Source: Fidelibacterota bacterium UBA2242
GTDB lineage: Bacteria; Fidelibacterota; UBA2242
Assembly: GCA_002347855.1 (NCBI GenBank)
Contig: DDYE01000009.1
Location: 90,265-154,264 of the forward strand
DNA length: 64,000 bases
Reading direction: 5' to 3'
Each line of letters starts with the position of its first letter. Position 1 is the stretch's first letter. The notes under the pieces are model-generated. The model saw only the letters and a program-made list of their open reading frames with translations. It was not told where the DNA came from and did no database searches. Below are positions 59,339 to 64,000 of the stretch, one piece after another. The translations under genes were made by a program, and so were the position numbers.

Positions 59339-60724
59339 ATGGCTACCAAATACCTAGGAGGGAAAGGTAAAAAAACCCTGATTTTGTTTGGGATTTTTCT
59401 CGCTTTGCTGGCTTTTGTTTATTTTTACGAAATCAAAGGCGGTGCTCAGCGTGAGGCACGCGAGAAAAGCTCTAACCAGTTGTTCCCGATAGAAAGAGAC
59501 AACGTCAGACGGCTGGAGTTAATTACCGCTAAAGACAGCATTGTCTGCGAACGCAAGGGTAACGCCTGGGTAATAACGGCGCCAGTTCAGACCGAAGGTG
59601 ATTCTTCGCTGATTAATTCCTACCTCGGTTCAATCGTCGAAAGCACCATCGAGCGCAAGGTGTTGGATACTCTCGATGCGCCGGAAGCATATGGATTGCA
59701 GGCGCCACGCGGGAAGGTACGTCTGACGACCCGTACCAATCAGGTCTATACCCTTGCGATTGGTGATGAAAATCCCACCGGCAGCGCTCTCTATGTTAAA
59801 TATCCCGAAAAGCCGGCAGTCTATACCACCAGCACCTCGCTCTGGACTTATGCCAGCAAGAGCCTTTATGACCTGCGTGATAAACGGACAATGCATATCA
59901 ATGTAAACGAGGTACGAAAAATTGAAATCCATTCCCGCAAGAAAGGAACGGTCAAATTAGAAAAGGTTGGCAATGACTGGCAAATTACCAGTCCAGTGTT
60001 GCTTGCTGCCAATAATAGTGAAGTTCAGTCGCTGCTAAATCGGCTAGCAAACGGTAGAGTGAAAAATTTCATCAGTGAGACGCCAGAACGTTCGGCGAAG
60101 TACGGTTTTGCTAAACCGCAATTGCAGATTGTGCTCTATCTTGGAGAAAGTTTAGCCAAAACCAGCTTTACAGTTGGCGATACGGCTCGCGATGATGGGG
60201 GCGGGTTCTATGCTTACGAAGAGAATAGGGCGCCCGTATTTACCATCGAAAACTGGGCAAAAGATAATCTAATAAAGGGAGCATTTGAACTACAGAACAA
60301 GAAATTACTGGATTTCGCTCCGGAAAGTCCTGACCGTATCGTCTGGCGCCTCGGAAATCGGGAATACGCAGCAATTAAGATTGATACTACCAATTGGCTG
60401 ATTGTTTTGCCCGATACCGTACAGGTAGACAATAGCCAGATGAATCGCTGGCTGGAGATGCTGGGTAACTTTAGCGCGGACGAGATGGAATCCTACCAGC
60501 CTAAATCGCTGGTAAATTATGGTCTCGACCTACCGCGCCTACAGATAACCGTATTCAAAAAAGATCAGCAACTCGGAACCATCCTGGTTGGCAAAGAAAC
60601 CAAGGAAAACTTCTATACCAAAGCTGGGTCGGCGCCCTACATTTATAAAATCCGAAAATATTCCTACCAGCGTATTGCCAAAACACCAGACGACCTCAAG
60701 GTGAAGACGCCTGAGAAGAAATAA
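59339..60724 (+). CDS. DUF4340-like protein (common GldG neighbour)
   Basis: It has an N-terminal TM and repeated β-rich modules. It directly follows the GldG-like gene, as in many genomes (from memory). Confidence 0.5.
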   Translation: MATKYLGGKGKKTLILFGIFLALLAFVYFYEIKGGAQREAREKSSNQLFPIERDNVRRLELITAKDSIVCERKGNAWVITAPVQTEGDSSLINSYLGSIVESTIERKVLDTLDAPEAYGLQAPRGKVRLTTRTNQVYTLAIGDENPTGSALYVKYPEKPAVYTTSTSLWTYASKSLYDLRDKRTMHINVNEVRKIEIHSRKKGTVKLEKVGNDWQITSPVLLAANNSEVQSLLNRLANGRVKNFISETPERSAKYGFAKPQLQIVLYLGESLAKTSFTVGDTARDDGGGFYAYEENRAPVFTIENWAKDNLIKGAFELQNKKLLDFAPESPDRIVWRLGNREYAAIKIDTTNWLIVLPDTVQVDNSQMNRWLEMLGNFSADEMESYQPKSLVNYGLDLPRLQITVFKKDQQLGTILVGKETKENFYTKAGSAPYIYKIRKYSYQRIAKTPDDLKVKTPEKK

Positions 60725-60777
60725 GATTGAAAAACAGAACTTCCTGAAGGTTTTCTTCCCCCTCTTATCAGAGGGGA

Positions 60778-60915
60778 AATTCAAAATTTCAAATTCCAAA
60801 CAATTTCAAAATTCCAATATCCAATTTTTTAAACCGGTGATGGTTGGGCAACACGCGTTTAGAATTTAGAATTTTGGTCATTGAATATTGTTTTTGATTT
60901 AAGATTTAAGATTTT
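60778..60915. repeat. AT-rich short tandem repeats (ttcaaa/ttccaa units; tagaattt x2; ttaagat x2) downstream of a GC hairpin
   Basis: Seen directly. The hairpin is cccctc-ttatca-gagggg at 60759–60776. It is followed by tcaaaatttcaaattccaaacaatttcaaaattccaatatccaa, then tttagaatttagaatttt, then gatttaagatttaagatttt. Confidence 0.4.
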
Positions 60916-61769
60916 GCTCTTTCCTTGTCGGCGAAGTATTTACTAAGCAGCAAGAGGGTGGTTTTTTCCTGTTCGCTCAAACTGTCATAACCGCTGTGAC
61001 TAATTTGGTCGAGAATGCGGTCGAGTTCTTCCCGCATGGTTTCTTCGGTCTGATATTGAGGCGTGCGGGGTTTGGCAGGTCGAGATTTGTGTTTCCACGG
61101 TCTGACTCGAAATAGACGCCACTTGATATGCGGCAGGCGCAGAGTAAAATGGGAGAGCAATGTTCTTCGTTTCAGGTAAATATAACCGATTGCCAGACCG
61201 CCAAGGTGAGTAAGATGACTGATGTTACTGATATTTGGAGAGAGAGTCGCAAAGAAAGTGATGGCGACGATAATCCAGACGAAATATTTGGCCCGGATTG
61301 GTATTAGGAAGTAAAAATAAATGTACCGTTCGGGAAACATCAGGGCGAAAGCCACGAGAACAGCATAAATTGCCCCACTAGCACCAACTACCGGAATACT
61401 TGAATTGAGGCTGAACAGAAAGGTTATCAAACCGGAGCCAATGCCGCAAAGTAGATAGAATTTTAAGAATTCGCGACGACCCCAGTAATTTTCGATTTCG
61501 GTGCCGAACATCCAGAGAACAAACATATTCCAGAACAGGTGCCAGAATCCACCGTGAATAAAAAGGTAGGTCAATAATTGCCAGATGTAGCCCTTTAAAA
61601 CCAGCTGCGGCACTAATCCAAAATAGCGGAGAAAGAAAGTTTGCGTCCGCAGGAGATACATGATGACAAAAACCACAACGTTAATGATGATAATTTCCCG
61701 TACGACTCCCCGTAGAAGTTTAGGACGGACGTAATGATATTGTTGACCAGGATATTGATAATAATTCAT
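60906..61769 (-). CDS. Rhomboid family intramembrane serine protease
   Basis: It has a GASGAIYAV motif (GxSG) in TM4 and a conserved His in TM6 (SHLTHLGG). Confidence 0.85.
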   Translation of the reverse strand: MNYYQYPGQQYHYVRPKLLRGVVREIIIINVVVFVIMYLLRTQTFFLRYFGLVPQLVLKGYIWQLLTYLFIHGGFWHLFWNMFVLWMFGTEIENYWGRREFLKFYLLCGIGSGLITFLFSLNSSIPVVGASGAIYAVLVAFALMFPERYIYFYFLIPIRAKYFVWIIVAITFFATLSPNISNISHLTHLGGLAIGYIYLKRRTLLSHFTLRLPHIKWRLFRVRPWKHKSRPAKPRTPQYQTEETMREELDRILDQISHSGYDSLSEQEKTTLLLLSKYFADKERAKS

Positions 61770-62542
61770 GGCTGTTTTTCCTGAGTATGAGGGTTTATCA
61801 TGTTTATCAAGATGTCCAGACTTTTGAGGTGCGTATTGAGATCATGCTGGTAGGTCAAATAATGCACCAGCATTTGCTCAAGGAATGCATTTTCCTGAAA
61901 ATGCGGCGCAGCGGGTAGAGTAGTCTCCCAGTCGGAATTCTGGAGATGGCGGAGAAACTGCAATTCGCTATTATCGAGAGAGAGTCTCTTCGGTAAAGGG
62001 TGACTGCAATCGGTGCACAACAGAAGGGCGCGGGCTTCGTCGAAGAAAGACTGCTCCATAGCCCGATGACAAATTGCACAGCTCCATAAATCTATGCGAT
62101 AGCCGGATAATTCAGCCAGCTGCAGCAGAAATTTTACCAATGCAGAACGCAGGAGATTAGGGTGTTGACTCATATAATTGAGAGTTGCAACTGCCAGCTG
62201 AAAGACGGCTTTATCGGGTTGATGGGTAGTTAGTTTGTCGAGTGCTTCCAATACGACGCTGCCGTAAATAGCGAATTGCCAGTCGGTGGTATCAGCTCCG
62301 AATGTTTGGAGTTTTTCGATTTTGCTCAAGGTCTGGATGTCGCGGGTAGGTTTGTAGTAGTAGATTATTTCCAGGCAGGCGAATAGTTCCAGATAGCCGC
62401 GGAAGGGGCTTTTTAAGCGACGGGCGCCTTTGGCAATGGCAGCGACCTTGCCATGTTTTTCAGTATAAAAATGGACGACTGAGCTGCTGTCTCCAAAATG
62501 GATGACTTTCAAAATCAGCGCGCGGGTTTTAAGAATACTCAT
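61766..62542 (-). CDS. recO: DNA repair protein RecO
   Basis: It has an N-terminal OB fold (ALILKVIHFGDSS) and a C-terminal Cys4 zinc motif (C.IC...C..C). It overlaps the rhomboid gene by 4 nt. Confidence 0.85.
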   Translation of the reverse strand: MSILKTRALILKVIHFGDSSSVVHFYTEKHGKVAAIAKGARRLKSPFRGYLELFACLEIIYYYKPTRDIQTLSKIEKLQTFGADTTDWQFAIYGSVVLEALDKLTTHQPDKAVFQLAVATLNYMSQHPNLLRSALVKFLLQLAELSGYRIDLWSCAICHRAMEQSFFDEARALLLCTDCSHPLPKRLSLDNSELQFLRHLQNSDWETTLPAAPHFQENAFLEQMLVHYLTYQHDLNTHLKSLDILINMINPHTQEKQP

Positions 62543-62617
62543 TCCGATTGGAATTTCTGTTAGATTTAGTGAAAAGTCAACCGCTAAAATCCGGTTTGGC
62601 AGGTTTGCCCTGTGCCA

Positions 62618-64000
62618 TTAATAAGCTTTAGCGAAAACGACAATTTTATCAGCCGATTTGCCGGTGTAGAAACAGGTACCTTTCTGGTTTTGCTCAAAAG
62701 GAATGACTCGGATGGTGGCTTTGGTTTCTTCTTGAATCCTAGCTTCGGCGGCGGTATCTCCTCCCCAGAAAGCCTGAACGAAACGCCCTTCTTCAATTGC
62801 CTGGCAAAACTGGTGATAATTTTCGACTGTGACCGTATTTTCTGTCCTGAATTGGAGTGCCTTCTGGAAAAGGTCACGATGGAAGGTGTCGAGTAGAGGT
62901 GCGATTTGTTCAACAGCTGCGTCGAGAGGCAGCATTTGCCTGGTCAATTGGTCACGGCGCACAATGACAATTTTATTCTGGGTTGCTTCGCGGGGACCGA
63001 TTTCGATGCGGAGTGGAGTCCCTCTCATTTCCCAGTGATTGAATTTCCAGCCGGGAGTATTTTGCTCGCTGTCATCATAGTAAAAGCGAATTTGCTGAGC
63101 CTGGAGGGCTTCAGTGAGACGCGCTACCAGTTCATTGATTTGCGATTTTTCCGAATCATTTTTCCAGATTGGGACGATTACTACCTGATAAGGTGCGACG
63201 CGTGGAGGCAAAATTAAACCTTTATCGTCACCATGCGCCATAATAATTCCGCCGATTAGACGGGTACTCACACCCCAACTTGTTGCCCAGACATATTCGA
63301 GTTGGTTTTCGCGATTTAGAAAAGTGACATCAAAAGCCTTGGCGAAATTTTGCCCCAGAAAATGGGAAGTTCCCGCTTGTAGTGCTTTTTTATCGCCCAT
63401 CATGGCCTCGATAGCGTAGGTGCGAACGGCTCCGGCAAATTTTTGTGATTCGGATTTCTGGCCGACCAGCACCGGCATAGCCAGATAATCTTCAGCCAGC
63501 TGGCGATAGATTTCCAGTATGCGCTGAGCTTCCTCTTCGGCTTCCCGGGCGTCTGCGTGCGCGGTATGTCCCTCCTGCCAGAGGAATTCGGTCGTGCGTA
63601 AAAAGAGACGGGTGCGCATTTCCCAACGCACGACATTAGCCCACTGATTGATGAGTAAGGGTAAATCACGGTAGGATTTAATCCACCTCTTATACATAGC
63701 CCAGATGATGGTCTCGGAAGTGGGGCGGATATAAAGCGGTTCAGTTAGCTTTTTGCCTCCTCCATGGGTGACAACGGCACACTCGGGTGCAAAGCCGGCT
63801 ACATGTTCTGCCTCCCGCTTCATATAACTTTCAGGAATGAAGAGTGGAAAATAGGCGTTCACATGACCGGTAGCTTTGAACATGCGATCAGCAATGTTGC
63901 GGATATTTTCCCAGATGGCATAGCCATAAGGGCGAATGACCATGGTACCTTTGACCGGTCCATAATCCGCTAATTCGGCTTTTTGGACGACATCAGTGTA
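62618..64000 (-). CDS. proS: Prolyl-tRNA synthetase, archaeal/eukaryotic-type (5' end beyond window)
   Basis: It has class II aaRS motifs and a ProRS C-terminal zinc-binding domain. The reading frame continues through nt 64000 (..[27 protein letters not shown]), so the N-terminus is missing. Confidence 0.9.
   Translation of the reverse strand, partial: YTDVVQKAELADYGPVKGTMVIRPYGYAIWENIRNIADRMFKATGHVNAYFPLFIPESYMKREAEHVAGFAPECAVVTHGGGKKLTEPLYIRPTSETIIWAMYKRWIKSYRDLPLLINQWANVVRWEMRTRLFLRTTEFLWQEGHTAHADAREAEEEAQRILEIYRQLAEDYLAMPVLVGQKSESQKFAGAVRTYAIEAMMGDKKALQAGTSHFLGQNFAKAFDVTFLNRENQLEYVWATSWGVSTRLIGGIIMAHGDDKGLILPPRVAPYQVVIVPIWKNDSEKSQINELVARLTEALQAQQIRFYYDDSEQNTPGWKFNHWEMRGTPLRIEIGPREATQNKIVIVRRDQLTRQMLPLDAAVEQIAPLLDTFHRDLFQKALQFRTENTVTVENYHQFCQAIEEGRFVQAFWGGDTAAEARIQEETKATIRVIPFEQNQKGTCFYTGKSADKIVVFAKAY

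Noticed and set aside
60759-60776. The GC hairpin read as a canonical rho-independent terminator.
   Set aside because: The stem is not followed by a U-tract on either strand. It was kept only as a structural observation.
62584-63038. ORFs 62584..62913-, 62612..62896+, 62829..63038+ and 62906..63217+ overlapping the 3' part of proS.
   Set aside because: The proS reading frame, with its ProRS zinc-binding C-domain, explains this region. These ORFs have no motifs and overlap in impossible combinations.
1-64000. CRISPR arrays, IS elements or transposases, toxin–antitoxin pairs and restriction-modification genes.
   Set aside because: I scanned both strands. There are no evenly spaced direct repeats, no DDE or serine/tyrosine recombinase-like ORFs, and no small paired ORFs with TA-like features. 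The only repeats are the KP-coding microsatellite and the AT-rich short tandem repeats at about 60.8 kb.

Overview
This window looks like core chromosome from a Gram-negative bacterium of the FCB superphylum or a related candidate lineage. It contains T9SS-type C-terminal sorting domain cargo, PorV/PorQ-like outer-membrane barrels, GldA/F/G-like ABC genes, BamD and a TamB–Omp85 pair. Unlike Bacteroidia, it uses clear Shine-Dalgarno sites, for example AGGAGG upstream of several ATGs.

I see no CRISPR array, IS element, integrase or phage gene. Genes are packed into long co-directional blocks with many 1–8 nt stop/start overlaps (ATGA, TAATG). The blocks are:
- Plus strand, 37–13330: a YtfI/YtfJ-like pair, Crp/Fnr, tatC, a polyprenyl synthase, an LPS-core cluster (GT9 heptosyltransferase, waaA, two ABC ATPase subunits, a CDP-alcohol phosphatidyltransferase), ftsY, rimO, an NDP-sugar pyrophosphorylase, mtaB and a deoxynucleoside kinase.
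- Minus strand, 13514–41647: a CPBP protease, lepA, nadD, bamD, a secreted three-gene envelope/T9SS-like module, a PorV-like outer-membrane protein, an unannotated Trm112-like small ORF, nrdR, glyA, rpiB, a second PorV/FadL-like outer-membrane operon (CpoB-like, truncated GT5-like, DUF4270-like lipoprotein), rodA–mrdA–mreDCB, and purH–purN.
- Plus strand, 41852–60724: two divergent tRNA-Ser genes flanking an acyl-CoA synthetase, then tamB–omp85, clpB, a TPR lipoprotein, a MoxR–DUF58–membrane-protein module, and a GldA/F/G-like ABC cluster with a DUF4340 protein.
- Minus strand, 60906 to the window end: a rhomboid protease, recO and a 5'-truncated archaeal-type proS.

The most unusual part is the envelope-biogenesis operon at about 16.8–26.0 kb. 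It links a PorV-like barrel, a 1,034-aa T9SS CTD cargo with FG-GAP repeats, a translationally coupled 1,012-aa HExxH/β-propeller protein and a DUF5683-like secreted protein directly to bamD. All family assignments come from motif recognition by eye and should be confirmed with HMM searches.
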